A stretch of 64,000 nucleotides of DNA. Origin: Microthyrium microscopicum. Lineage: Eukaryota. Shown here in pieces: positions 1 through 12,064 of the stretch; position 1 is the stretch's first letter, and every line of letters starts with the position of its first letter. The position numbers and the translations under genes are program-made. The notes beneath the pieces were generated by a model. That model saw only the letters and a list, made by a program, of their open reading frames with translations, made no database searches and had not been told where the DNA came from. Location of the stretch: the NCBI GenBank assembly GCA_010405405.1, contig MU004244.1, forward strand, positions 251,895-315,894, given 5' to 3'.

Positions 1-2718
1 TGGGAGTCGTTTGCTGAACCATCTAGATCCGTAATGATTCGCAGCTGTCCCATCTCAAATTACTGCTGAAAGCTCAGCGGTTGGCAGCGCAAAGATGGTC
101 TCATCAAACGCCGTGGGTACCATATTGCTTTCTCCTGCATCATGCTTGCACCACGCAAAGATTGAAAGCAGATATCTGGACCTGTGGCATGTCCAGCCTT
201 ACGAAAAGCCCAGTTTCCTTGCCGTCTTGGAGTCGGCTGTATTGACCAATCAACATCCACAGTGTCGAGGCCTAAATGATCCCGCCTCATCCCCTGAGAC
301 CAATCGCCTACTCGTTGCTCTATATCCGTCTATTCTCCTTCCCCACGGTACTTTTTCTCTGTGGCATGATATTTACCATGTGAGTGGCATTCGTGCCTGA
401 TGGCGATATTGCATATTGAACCACAATTCTCGGCTGTCATGGTCACTCGATTGGCGCAACATATCTATGAGAAAATTCCGTGGGACTCGGTAAAGCCGAT
501 TTCTTATAATCCGGGTGGACATTGATTTGGTACAGAATTTCTTATTTTCCTAAAATCCCCTTGGGTAACGAGTCGGCGCCAACCACCCCAAAGCCCCGAC
601 TTGAGCGAGTCATGATAGCGGGAATCCTACGACCATGAACACGAGCAGAACCGTTCATCAAAACCTTCTCGCGGGGCATTCACAGATGCAAGCTTGTTAG
701 TGATATGATCTGGATTGTGTGGAGGATAGAAGTTTAAAGTCGACTTGTTTTATCTTCTCGCAAGTGAATTCCATTTTGGTTCAGTGGCAAGGAAGACGCC
801 TGAATAAATACGGTAGTGGCCATAGACGCCAGTGTACTCTATTCTTGACGCCTCATGATAATAAGACTCCCAAGACCTCCACCCATATTTTTAGGATTCT
901 TAACAAGGAATCGCACTGAAGATGTCGAAAACAAAAAGCAATGCGACCAATCAACAATAAATCTCTGTACTTCAACGCTCCGTGCTCTATACTGGCAGAA
1001 TGATCTGAATGTCATTCATTGGTAATTTGGTAGTTATAACTTATGGTTGTCTGTGACCTTTTCTATGTCACTGCTCACTTTAAAGAACCTTGATTTAGCA
1101 CGCCACCAAAGAACCCACTTCTCATATCTGCGATATCTTCAACGAAACTCGCAATCTCCTATATAACTTTGAGAGGGCCGGCTCACTGCGGTAAGCTAAT
1201 TCAGCTAACAGATCGTCGGATACCATTTGTCCGCTTTCCATCAACGACACTTGATGACATGTCAAATCGTTTTAAATCCGAGGGTAGCTCACTCCTCTAA
1301 CCTTGGAACGTTTAGCTTTAGTCTTGATATAAAAACGATATTACTTTCTGAATACATGCATCTCCATCTGTCACAAATTATTTAGTAACAGCTCCATTAT
1401 AGCTTGACGACTCACTCTGCATCAGCCTCATCAAGCCCGAGCCTTCAAATGGAGCTGAGTTGTCCACCAGCATTGAGTTTCCGGGCCTGAAGTCCACTAG
1501 TAAATACGGCAGTAGGAGAGAACGTGTAGGAAGCATACATTACAAATAATTATACCACATCTTGCACCGCAGATAGCCTCAGAGCTACTGTAGGTATTGT
1601 AACCAGCTTCGCTGGTGACTACTAAGTATCTAAATTTACCAATTCTTGCATAAAGTTATCCTGTTGGCTGCATTCTTCATGAGCCGCTTTGATCACTCAT
1701 GCATCACAGGGCTGACAGCTCTTATTGAGGTTAAGCGGTAGCTGACACTGCACATGGTCTCCTGGTTGCTGCATACTATTACTGCAAGGTACACCCGCCA
1801 TGCATATGTGAAGATCATGGTTGGAACTTGGATCAGAGGCTCAAAGAACAGGGAATTTCATCTTGTTTTATCCGATCGATCGCAACTGGGGTGCAAATGG
1901 TACTCGGTCTCAGGCATACAATGGTGCTTCCATTGTTTCTTGTGATTAGCATTTTCTCACCAAATCAGCCGCTGACAATACCATACAACTTGCATTAGAA
2001 AGCTTCAAGGTTTCATGCTTTCCTTTTGCAATAAGCCGTGAGCCCATGTCTCACCTCGACGCCGCTTCAAAAGCAACATACAACTATTGATTCTTGATAT
2101 CCTGATCGCCAGGTTAAATCCTTGCTCTGGCATGGTCGTCCCAATGATTATCCTAGCGCACTCCGAATATTGAAGGTGGCAGTTTGTGAAGCTGCGTCTA
2201 CCTTAGTCGTTGTCCAGTGATGACATTGTAGAGCTGAGCAGCGTGCTTTTCAACTCTACTCAGTATTCTCATACTATATATCTCAAAAAATACACTCAAA
2301 TATTCAGTGAAAAGATTCAAAGCAAAATCTACTTGAGGCATTCCTCGCTTTGTCGTATTACATTGATGCTCTAGGTGTATAACAATACGATGAGGACGTA
2401 CATAAATGAAACCGTATCATATATTGCAAGTACACCGTGCTATACCTGCATTCATGTAAAGCCGAATTCCAATTTTTTTATTTCTATTGGAATAAAATTG
2501 AACAAGCCTTCTCTATCCCTCTGGAGAAGTTCCAATTAGCAGTTATTGCCAGCGACATCAGTGAAGATACACGTAAAATGGTAACAAGGGCCTCTTGGAT
2601 AGTGATGAGTACATAACCGCATATGCAACATTATGAACAGTTTCTATTTTTGGGATGGTATCTACTGTCGAATCTAGCCTGTTTTTGAGTATACCACCAC
2701 TAGGAAGCCGTGAGCAGC

Positions 2719-3056
2719 CTAAGCAAGCACGCACTTGCAGAAAGCTTCTGCGGCTGGTGAGATACTGGGGATGACATCGCCAGAGCAGGCACCCTTGACG
2801 CAGGCGAGGGCAGAGGTCTTCAAATTGTCCTTGGCTTTGCATTTACAAGCTTCGTCGCTCGTGGCACAGGAAACCTTGGAGGCAGCACCATCAAGGCAAG
2901 TTCTCTACAGGCAAATCAGTATACTGGCGAAAGACGAATTGTGATTCGTCATTGATAGAGACATACGGCGCAGGCAGGGATTTTGCTCTGCTCAGTAGCA
3001 CACTTTTGGGCGCTGACGGCAGCGACGGCTATGAGAATGATAGCGGCGAACTTCAT
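2719..3056 (-). CDS. Small secreted CFEM-domain protein, 91 aa (exons 3056-2967, 2904-2719)
   Basis: Splicing a 62-nt GTATGT..CTGAT..TAG intron gives MKFAAIILIAVAAVSA-QKCATEQSKIPACARTCLDGAASKVSCATSDEACKCKAKDNLKTSALACVKGACSGDVIPSISPAAEAFCKCVLA*. It has a signal peptide and the 8-Cys CFEM spacing (PxCAxxC..CxxxDxxCxC..CxxxxC..C). A TATA-like CATATAAG lies about 95 nt upstream. Not in the ORF track. Confidence 0.88.
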
Positions 3057-4194
3057 GATTAGGGTTATGCAACGAATGTAGAGTAATCAACGCTGAAGGT
3101 GTATGGAGATGATGTGATGTAGATCTCGAAAACCAGCAAGCTAACGGCTTCTTATATGCTCACAGTCATTTGGACATCGACATACAGAACACGTAGTTCT
3201 GTTTGACAGCTACTTTACATTCATATGAGCTTCTCGGGAATTGGATGATCATGATTTACTTGGTGGGAGTCGGGTTACGTGGTGTAATTAAATATATGGC
3301 ATGAAGAATACGCTCATCTTGGCTTTCGGTTATCTCTTTTAATGCGAATGTAACAGTGAGCAATTTGGACTTGATCTCTTGGGGAACCTTGTTAAAGTAA
3401 AAAGACCCTTCAGGGAAAATGACCTGTTGCGGGAATACCTAGTTTATTCGGTAAAGCGCCGAAGTGAATGGAGTATTGGTAGGGGCATCAAACTCCAAAA
3501 GGTCGGTGGCAGGTTACGACTTCATATTGGTGTATATAGATCAAGTTGGATACTTTATGTCACTAAGATCCATTGACTATTCACCCTACATAAACCTCTA
3601 CATGTTGTTTTTACAGCACAGTTTGTTGAGTTACATGCCACTGTGTAAGCGTTGATTTCATCTATGGGCAGTTATAGCTGAGTTCCAAATCTTTCAATTA
3701 TATGAAGAGTTGGCACACAAGTCGCCAATACACACATAATCTAGATGTTCGTAATCAGCCTTGTGACAAATTCAATAGTGGGTCGATTATTCGCTGACAA
3801 TTCATCTATCTCTAATTCCCTGGTCACACAACCCATATAACATCTGGAGAAAACCACAAGCCTAGCCACTACGCTCTGCGAGTGTTTGAATATTGAGCTC
3901 GTATTGATATCACCAGGCTCTGAGCTTGATGGGGACGTTAATTTGACCATAAACCCTCCGTGCTTCTGGTATCAGGCCCTGCGTAAATAAGATTTGCGCT
4001 GCCCATGTGCGGGTTATTAGCCGATGAACCTTGAAATCGACGACAACAATAGTCAAGTTCTCTACGAAGCTTGATGATATTTGGCCGCCATACCACCGAA
4101 TTTCCATCCAACGATCGAAAGTGCTCCACCGATACGTCCAATTTGATCAGCAGGTCAAATAATTGTGCGAGGCTCGTCTGAACAGAGTCATCAC

Positions 4195-4771
4195 TCAACA
4201 AGAACTTGGAACGTTGGAGTCCTTCGCTACTTTCAGATCCAGTCGAAGTCCGTGTTTGTTGAGCACTCTGCTCGCGAGGACACATGGAGTGCTTTTTGAA
4301 CCAGCGACGATCTCGTCACTAGTAGGTCGCGCTGAGACTCGCTTCATGTCTAGTCTGGAGGCCGAGGAATCAGTAGCCAAAGGTAAATTCTCTTTGGCTT
4401 TATTGGGCTTGCTCTTTGATACCGACATACCCTCCACCTGCTTGCGCAAAGCATCGACAGGACTGACTCCCCCCTTGAGGAAGTACTGCGGCGATTTTGG
4501 CGTCAATGGCGATGATGCTGCTTTGGTGGAATCGATGCGCTGGCGACGGTCTGCAGAATGGCAAGACGCAAGATGGTGACCTTGACGATTAAGGTTACCT
4601 CGCTGTCGAGCCTTACGGATGGCAACGTCCAGAAGGACGGAGGTGTGTTCTCGCATGTTCCTAGCGCTGTTAGGACTTGAAGCGTATAAGCTAGGAGCGT
4701 ACTTACTTGGCATAACTGTGTGGGGGAGGAGACGCCGTTGAATTCGAAACTGACATAATGGTTGAGGTCAT
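4195..4771 (-). CDS. Hypothetical basic, Ser-rich protein, about 176 aa (exons 4771-4707, 4660-4195)
   Basis: A 46-nt GTAAGT..CCTAAC..TAG intron joins MTSTIMSVSNSTASPPPHSYAK in frame to NMREHTSVLLDVAIRKARQRG..., which is the 4195..4713 ORF frame. No recognisable domain. Confidence 0.55.
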
Positions 4772-5198
4772 TTGGATGTGTTGTACGGGATTGTAAAGTG
4801 GTTGAATCTTGAAGATATTTGGCTACATTGAAGGTGAGATCGCTGTCAGCTCGTTGTAGACTGTTGCGTGTTGCTGCGGTTGAAGTTAACAGCACCAAAG
4901 CTTAGGTATGAGATGACGTTAGGTGCATTTACTTTGTTAGGCACGGGCATGGCATGACATCAAGGACCCACGAGAGGCTATATTGAGAGGCAAACAAAGA
5001 AATGGGAAGCCGCGAACAACTCTAACAGCCCAGAGTCTTACATCATGCATGGAAGCTTCGACGGGGCGGACCGTGGCGGAACCTACCTTTTAGTTCACTG
5101 AAACAAAGAACCTGTTCTATTGTATGTCAATTGCTATTGAGCCGGCTAGTGGGTATCGGATATTGAACAAAGAAAGGCATCTGATCCTATCAGGACTC

Positions 5199-6616
5199 TT
5201 AGAATTCTCGACTCTCACCTATGTCGCATACATCAAAAACCCCAATTTCATCAATACCCTTTTGCTTCAAAGCTGCTTTGAGTAGCTTTGGCGGCTCCAT
5301 CACGTCTTCCTCGGTCAATACCCAGGTGCCCCAGTGCATACCCAACGCCTTTTTGCAGTTGGAATCCACAAAAATGTTGGCACTGTCAAAGGGATTTGCA
5401 TGCACTGGTGACATTATGAATCTGGGATCGTAGGCTCCAATGGGTATCATGCCCAAATCAAACGGGCCTCTGTGTTTACCAATCTCCTTGAAGGCAGGGC
5501 AGTGCGGTAGGTCTTTGTACTTTTCGCCGTAGTCGTCTTCACCATTGGGTACTTCTGGAACTGTGCGGTAACCAGTATCGCTAAATCTCGTCAGTCATGA
5601 TGACCTTAGCAGTGGATCAGAACATCTTACCCAGCAAACCACACTTTCTTTCCTCCGCTCTCAACCATCCAGGAGGCCCATAAAGTCTTCGCCTTGTCAA
5701 AGGGTGTTCTAGCCGCTGTATGCTGACAGGGTAGACATCCTATAGTTGCTGATATCTCGGCTGGTCCTGACTGTGAACCAGCCTCCACGACCTTTGTTGG
5801 CAATTCTTCTGAACCGCTCATGGCTTGCATTCTGGTAAGTTTCAGCTCTCTGTTTTCCCACCAGTCCAATTCGGTGCTATTGCGAATACCACACTTCTCA
5901 AACCAAGCCTTATTCCCCAATGGCGCGAAGAACTGGCAATTTGGGTGTTTCTCTTTAATTTTGAGAACGGTAGGATAAGATAAATGATCGTAATGAGAAT
6001 GTGAGATTACGACTGCATCGATGATGGGAATGTCCTCGATTTGACATGGTGGCTCGGTATAACGTTTCGGCCCAAGGAACGAAAAAGGGCTACAACGGTC
6101 TTCGAATACGGGGTCGAAGAGAACTCTGAGGCCATTGGGGAACTCTACGTAGAAGCAGGCATGGCCGAGCCAGGTGGCTCTCAGAGCCTTGGTTTCTTCT
6201 CGAGATGTATGGAACTGCGGCTCGCGAATGGGAACGGTCGGAGGTGCGGTATCTGGACTGTTGGCTTGTCCGCGTATACGCCGCCTATGGTGTCATTAGT
6301 ACATGGCATGAGTCAATATCCGAAGACTCGAGAGAACTTACCAAACCAGAGCTTTGACTATCTCCCAGACACCTTGATCACGATAGCTCTCCCAGGGATT
6401 CACGAATGATTTTCCTCCCTGCGCATGATGCTTCCTGTCCGCCGCCTCTTCGGGTTGCGCACCCAGTATTTGTGAGGTTGAGATTGCGGAAGCATATAGC
6501 AAAGCTGCAGTAGAAGCCGATGCCATTTTGGTCGAAGTGTGGAATTGAAAGCCTCGTCGCGGTGACGGCGTGAATTGCGATTGGGGTCGAAAAACAGAGC
6601 GCAGGAATGCGCGCAT
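5199..6616 (-). CDS. N-acyl-phosphatidylethanolamine-hydrolysing phospholipase D / FMP30-like metallo-beta-lactamase (exons 6616-6342, 6284-5631, 5580-5199)
   Basis: Motifs [29 protein letters not shown] (HxHxDH), [33 protein letters not shown]; two canonical introns. Confidence 0.9.
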
Positions 6617-7224
6617 TGAGATAGATATGGGTAAGGTAGAAGGAAAGATATAGAAAGTCCTGCGTAGCACCCGGCGAAGCAAAGATACGATATCTGTCCC
6701 CGAATCTACAGTACACGTAGATGCCTAGTGTACTAGCGACGTTCAGAGCGCATCATCAACGACTTTTCAGCTGCATTGGCGGTCGGAGTCGGCATAATTA
6801 TTGGTGCTGCTTCATTTTAATTGGTTAGAAATAGCATTCTCCGACCTTATCTCCGACACCAAAACGAGGTATTTCAGCCTCATGCCTGTACATATGCGTG
6901 ATGTGCTCAGCCTTCAGCGTTAGCATTAATCTGTCACGAGTAGCTGCGCATGAGGTTATGGATTAAGCATTGGTAGACTCTAATCAAGCATCGCGAGACT
7001 AGATCTTGGTACCTGTTAGTAACCAAACAAAGTTCCACAGAATGGGCAGTGATCGTGTTCATGCGCCATTGCGCCAGATTACCAGGAACAATCAATTTCT
7101 CCTACGGAAACCACATTTCATGAGCATAGAGGCGGGTCTGAAGGGCGAGGTAAGGTACGAAAGATGCGTCGAAACTCGTATCCTGTCGTGCAAGTTGCGA
7201 TAATCTCGAAAGATATAGCGACAC

Positions 7225-9080
7225 CTAGCTTGGATTTGTTTTCTCCAGTATAGTCTTGAGCATTTCGTTGCCAATTCTGCTTGCTTCCGGGAATCGGGGA
7301 GCAAAGTAGTTCTGAATCCTCTCAAACTTCTCCTGGTAGCTGTCGAAATGACCCAAACTGACCCGATCACTCCAATCCTATAAGCGGTTAACAAGAACCC
7401 GACAATTGAGACATCTTACTTACTCTTGCCGCAAAAGTGAACTCTAGATCATCTCCGCGGAAAGTATCATCAGTCATAGCAACTTCAATGACTTCGTTCA
7501 GCATCTCCGGCTTGCGAAATAAGTATTCGGTAATGCCCAACCACAAGCGGAATAGCTACTATTATATCAGCAATGCTATCCGTAGCTTATTTGCCAAAAT
7601 ATGCTGACCGGAGTAGAGCAGATCATATGATCATATGGCACTATATCAAGTTTCGACCAGCAATCCACCATGGCCAAGAGAGCAAGATGGCTGTTTCCAA
7701 CTGGCTCCGGAGACTTTTCTCCAAGAGAGAACTGATCAAGCACTTCATCCTCCAGTAGCAAGTCTTCATTCCACCCGCGACGAAATACTTTGGCACCTGC
7801 ATCTTTGACTCGTTTCGCAAACTCGGCTTTCTGCCCAGCAAGCATAAGCTTGAACAGTTCCGTCACGGAAGCAGCATATTGTCGGATCTGCTCCTTTGCA
7901 GATGGATTTAGTATGGCAAGACCAGCATAAACATGCCATTTGTTGGAGTAAATACGCATCATGACATTGATCTTGACATTCTCAATTCCTCCTACGTATC
8001 GCGGGACTTCCCATGGAAATTGTTGGTTCGCCATCCATGCTGCTCCCATGCTGAGAAATGCGGCATGTGTTACTGCTTGAGTATCCGCGGTAATTCGATC
8101 GTGTTCCTTGGCAGTGAGATGTACTGCTTTCGATTCTAGACACGATAATATTGACTCGACGGTGGAAAGCTGTTGCTGGCTGCCTCGGTGGTTGATCAGA
8201 ACCTATCAGTGTGAGCATGCCTCTTGAAATTTTTGCCGATCGAATTTGCAGATACCAGCGGTTGTCCTTTGGGATTGACACCAGGCCCATGCAGGGAGTG
8301 GCATGAGATGATAGCTACATCATCCGGTAGATAGTTTTCGAATGCATTGATCTCAGGAGCTTTGCAAGACGTCTGCCCGCCGACGATGGCACCCAACTTG
8401 GTTGCTGATTTGGTCAGACACATAACATTCAGAGAGTTAAACAGGCAACGAACAGGGCCCATATTCAGCAACTACTCGATCTATGTTTTCTGCTTCCACG
8501 CTGTAGATAATGTAGTCGCTTTGACGTGACACGAGATGTCCATTGGGATAAATTGTAACATTTTTCTATTCTTTGCTTAGCCATTTACTAAGACAAGGCT
8601 ATATACATGGCAGGCATACCCAGTCTGAGCATTCCTCAACGAGTTCCTTGTATCTATTTGGATCTGGTCTATCACAGGCATTGATTCTGAGGTTCGTAAT
8701 TAGCTTACATGAGTATCTGTTGGACCACAATGTTAGTCGATTTGCCAAAAAACTTCGTGAAATGAAGATTAAGAAGGTAATAATTTCAGACAAGAATATT
8801 TTTAGGTAGCTGAGAAGTTACATCAGTGACGACAACCTCTAAGCACAAGAACCAAGACGGTTCCGTAGCTGTCGAAGAAGCCATGCTCGAGCCAAATGCG
8901 CTCAGAGTCATCATTGAAAGGAGGAAAACAGAGAAGACTTGACTTACCAAAGACAGCAAAACAAGCGCTTGTTGGATCACGCTTCGAAGATGCTTACTTC
9001 CATCCAGCATTGCCTAACCTCCTGGCATACATCCTGCCCATGTCACCCATTCCGATAATGCCTACAGCAATGCTCGCCAT
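7225..9080 (-). CDS. TYR1: Prephenate dehydrogenase (NADP+), multi-exon
   Basis: Rossmann motif VGIIGMGDMGRMYA; WKINACDR; IVGGQTSCKAPEI; SCHSLHGP; EHDRITADTQAVTH; NKWHVYAGLAILNP; ends ...LEKTNPS*. Six canonical introns keep the frame. Confidence 0.95.
8783..8919 (-). ncRNA. Candidate intronic box C/D snoRNA in TYR1 intron 1
   Basis: Box C ATGATGA (8914-8908), terminal box D CTGA (8789-8786), an internal CTGA, and a short terminal complement TTTCA/TGAAA. It sits in an unusually long (311 nt) intron, with box D about 50 nt upstream of a GACTAAC branch point. Target not identified. Confidence 0.55.
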
Positions 9081-9498
9081 CTTAACAGCTTGATGAACTA
9101 AATCACTCCACTGCCACCTGATTGGGGAGAGAGCTGGTAGCTCTCATCGATTGCAGGCACTTCAAGTGAGTTCCGAAGTTCTAGGGATGGGAGTGAGACT
9201 TATTCGAAAGGCGATGTTAAAGGGCAGAGCAGAGCAGAAAGAGCAAAGTTTGATGCTTTTGGAGAATGAGAAGCAGCAAGCTCGAAGATTCGAATTGGAA
9301 AATATGGGACAAGGAAAAGATCAAAAGATGAAGGTGGGGGCTTGGCAGCAGCTGTGAACTAGGCTACTTTGGGCCTTAGCGTGATTATGTATTTTGCACA
9401 CACTTCACTTGCTGAAATTCAACATCGCATTCCATTGTGCCCGCCCGCCATTTTTCCTCCACCACACCAACTCCTCACAAATACTCAATCACATCGCA

Positions 9499-10179
<681 letters not shown>

Positions 10180-10708
10180 GCACTGCACAGCAAAATGGGC
10201 TCACTGGGTGGTGGGATATACTGCTGGGGTTGGACTTTGTTGACACTTTCGAAGGGAACGGCATCAATTGCCTGGTCTCTACTAGTACCAGTTGTCGCAT
10301 AGATCGTCCAATCCACAAATGATCCCAATAAAAACATCAACTTACAACTTGCCCTTTTAGTGAATGTGAGACTGATGTTTGATCCGCAGTCAGATTTATC
10401 GTGGAGAGGTGCCAAAGTAGGAAATACAGGTGCTTACATACCTTAGGTAGTACTCTAGCTTAATGGTTTCGAAATGGCAAGTCTGCCTGGACTAGCAGCC
10501 TCTCCAGTTCTCCACGAGACCTTCCGATATTGCCAGTCGATGATAAAAGCAGTGAAAAGTCGTAGCTCTAATGCCTCTTCTACATACTAGTACTTGGTAC
10601 TAGAAAGACAACCAAGATCTACCCGAAGTAAATCCTTTTAAAATTCTTCGTCTTGTAACATTTGACCTGCCCCTCCAAACATTTCGAGAGCCCTTCGCAA
10701 TCCACCAG

Positions 10709-12013
10709 ATGGACTCTACAACCGTTCATGGAGCAACAGTCCTGCTTCTCAACCTCCCCCCAGCAGCCCTTGCTGCAATAGATCTACTATCCTTCACTAC
10801 AAGCGCAAAATTCAGAGGGATAAAACTCATACCTCCCGGCCTCCACTTCGTCTTCGCCTCCGCCAGCACGTCACTGTCCATCCGACACGGCGCCTGGATT
10901 CGAATCCCCTCTCCCTCTCCCTCTCCCTCTCCCTCTCCCACCGACACCCTCCAACTCTTTGTGCGCTGCTGGGAAGCCAGCACCGAAGATCTCGTCCCCG
11001 AATCCTCTCCCGCCGCCCTCCTCCGATGGCGCGCCAACCTATCCTCCATCTGGCGCGAAGGTCTCACACCATATCGCCAAAGCGCTGAAGACGAGGCTGA
11101 AGAAACTGACGACTGGGACCGTCTTACGAACTACATTACTGATGATATGTTGACGCGCGTCACTGGCAATCCATCCGATGCCTGGTCGCTCACTTCCGCT
11201 AGCTCGGCATCGCGCGACCTCGACGATATCCCTGGTCTTGGGCCTACACAGCTTTCGCGCGATACACCGCTCTCCTTCCTCCCCGTAGAGCTCAAGCAGA
11301 CCTGGCGACCTGGCGCTACGGGTCGCGAACGAACAGACGGCGCGCGCGATCACTCGTGGGCGCTGGGCGAGCTTATTGACCAGCATTGTGCTGAGCCGAC
11401 TGATGTGTTGGGTGAGATGCAGTTCTGCTTTCTCATGGTTCTGACGCTGGCGAATTATTCATGTCTGGAACAATGGAAGCGGCTGATCAAGCTGTTGTTC
11501 ACGTCGCAGAGCGCCGTCGCGGATCGAGCCGAGTTATACGTGAGCGCGATACGGCTGCTCAAATTGCAGTTGCAGCATTGTCAGGACGTGGAAGGTGGTC
11601 TTTTCGATCTGAGTGACGATGGAGCGGGATTCTTGAAGCAGTTGTTGCGGAAGTTTAAGAAGAGTCTGTCGGATGAAGAGGGAATGGGGAAGAGTGATGT
11701 GATGGACGAGTTGGACGAGTTGGGGTCATACCTTCGCGAGAGCTATGGCTGGGACTTGGAGGACAACTTCGCGAGAAGAGGAATGATGACTCTGGAAGAC
11801 GGCGAGAGAGTCGAGGTCACATTGACAGGATACGAAGAGGAAGATGAAAGTGGAGAGTATGCCCCGACCGTTGTAGACTTGACTGACGAGCAGCTTCATA
11901 CCATTGGAGGCAAGGGGGCACATGATGAAGCCGAGACGATTTCTGGTAAACAGGAGGCAGAGGAAGATGAGGAGGAAGAGGACGACATAGAAACAATGGA
12001 CGCAAGATATTAG
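10709..12013 (+). CDS. AAR2: U5 snRNP assembly factor AAR2 (A1 cistron-splicing factor), intronless
   Basis: IDLLSF..FRGIKLIPPGLHFVF, LGEMQFCFLMVLTLANYSCLEQWKRL, and acidic C-terminal EEEDESGEYAPTVV, all typical of fungal AAR2. Confidence 0.92.
   Translation: MDSTTVHGATVLLLNLPPAALAAIDLLSFTTSAKFRGIKLIPPGLHFVFASASTSLSIRHGAWIRIPSPSPSPSPSPTDTLQLFVRCWEASTEDLVPESSPAALLRWRANLSSIWREGLTPYRQSAEDEAEETDDWDRLTNYITDDMLTRVTGNPSDAWSLTSASSASRDLDDIPGLGPTQLSRDTPLSFLPVELKQTWRPGATGRERTDGARDHSWALGELIDQHCAEPTDVLGEMQFCFLMVLTLANYSCLEQWKRLIKLLFTSQSAVADRAELYVSAIRLLKLQLQHCQDVEGGLFDLSDDGAGFLKQLLRKFKKSLSDEEGMGKSDVMDELDELGSYLRESYGWDLEDNFARRGMMTLEDGERVEVTLTGYEEEDESGEYAPTVVDLTDEQLHTIGGKGAHDEAETISGKQEAEEDEEEEDDIETMDARY
10907..10939 (+). 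repeat. (CCCTCT)5 coding microsatellite encoding a PS repeat in AAR2
   Basis: Five exact CCCTCT units plus CCC, in frame. Confidence 0.9.
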
Positions 12014-12064
12014 TACACATGGGACTCGAGTACTTCATCAGGGTCAAACACAATTGCTGACTGG

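Noticed and set aside
1..2600. Short ORFs at the start of the window
   Set aside because: No motifs or spliceable exon structure found.
3741..4194. ORFs 3938..4285 and 3741..3950 as extra exons of the small hypothetical gene
   Set aside because: No convincing splice signals join them in frame.
8924..8940. AGTCTTCTCTGT after the inner TYR1 donor is complementary to the U6 ACAGAGAAGA region
   Set aside because: It lies outside the C/D boxes in a pyrimidine tract and cannot be told apart from chance without comparative data.
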